This document shows positions 62,857 through 64,000 of a DNA stretch of 64,000 nt, piece after piece. The DNA is taken from NCBI GenBank assembly GCA_013265495.1, contig MU058337.1, positions 2,324,686 through 2,388,685 on the forward strand, given 5' to 3'. Every line of letters begins with the position of its first letter. Within the stretch, counting starts at the first letter, position 1. The notes beneath the pieces were generated by a model, which saw only the letters and a program-made list of their open reading frames with translations, searched no databases and was not told where the DNA came from. The translations under genes were made by a program, and so were the position numbers. This DNA is from Vicugna vicugna. Its lineage: Eukaryota.

Positions 62857-64000
62857 CTGGAAAACTGAAAGCCATACCTTGAAAAAAAGCCACCACATTC
62901 AGATGTTTCCCGGGAGGCCCACCCCCGTTGATGGTGTACAGATGTAGTGCCCCCCGGCCTCTTCTTAATATTAGAAAGGGCACCATTTCTCCCATTGATT
63001 GTAACTTAAAATGTCGCTGTCAATTTAAGGGGAGTTCACATTGTATATGGGTTTAAATGCACATGTTTCCGATGGTGTGATAAAAATTAATAGATATTTC
63101 AGTCTCTTTCCAATGTATAAAATAATGCAATTCTCTCAAATAAAAGTATGTTGAGATCTGTATAATTTTATAGCTTGTGGACCAAGTGAACTACAAAATT
63201 GGTGTACTCTATTGAAGCTGTATGACATCAGTTTAGCAGATAATTGTTTATATTGGCCATCCTTTGTCAGAATTAGTCTTGGCTTCTGAATTTAGAATAA
63301 ATTCCAAGTCCTGAGAAATGCAGACTTTATGTAAAATGTGAAAGTTCTATATACTATCCTAATATTAATTTTAGAAAGATATTATGCAGACCTGAAAATG
63401 TGATTTAATATCACTCTAAGCTCTGTTGCTTCTTTAAGCAAAATTATGTAAACCATTAAAATGTATATTTACTGGGTTTTATTTCATTAGCAATAGAAAG
63501 TAATGCCATGAGTAAAAAAAAGTCTATTTTATTATGCATTATTCTTAAAATATTATTTTAATAGTAATTTTATTAAACATAGGTCAGTTAATGATCCAAT
63601 AAATCTATTCAATTTATATGTCATATATATGTCTTATGCCCATGACAGTCTGTAATACCCTCCCTGGTTTTTGCTTGGCTTTACTACACTGAATGCCTCT
63701 TTCATTCTGTAAAACATTGTGAAAATATAAATAGTCTCAGATATTAAGCACCTCATAAATATTTTTTGAATGAATAATTATGACCAAACTACTTTTGTAA
63801 AACTGATGGAGTTTTGGTATAGAGATTTGATTCCATTCCCTTTAATTTTTCAAAATATTACATGATACAAAAATCATATGCACAATTTACTCATAGCCAT
63901 TTTTAGAAACTATAATTTTTGATTCAAAAGAAATCTGCAATCTTGCAAAAATGAGACTCAGTTTCAACAGCGTGTTTCTAAAGAAATTGTGGCTTCTTTT

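Noticed and set aside
1..64000. Prokaryote-type systems (CRISPR, operons), tRNA/rRNA genes, or a named human gene orthologue
   Set aside because: The sequence is mammalian; I saw no repeat-spacer arrays or structural RNA genes, and I could not match either fossil gene to a protein I recognise, so no symbols are given.

Overview
Mammalian, AT-rich, repeat-rich genomic DNA. The young L1 3'-end family suggests a camelid (inference). There is no intact protein-coding gene, and almost all ORFs in the supplied track are chance or repeat-derived. Manual splice-site and phase analysis of the minus strand shows two intron-containing, decayed (unitary-type) pseudogenes in tandem that I cannot name. Gene A runs from beyond the window end to about 43,470. 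It has 12 candidate exons and about 510 visible codons, looks helical/ARM-like, and carries several TGA (likely ex-CGA) stops, frameshifts and damaged splice sites. Gene B (about 37,160-28,300) has 6 exons and about 310 codons, with an N-terminal CARD/death-fold-like segment. The rest is MaLR/ERV LTRs, L1, L2, MIR, hAT and Tigger elements, microsatellites, candidate regulatory elements and a perfect 36-bp palindrome. Repeat subfamily names are from recall, not a database search.
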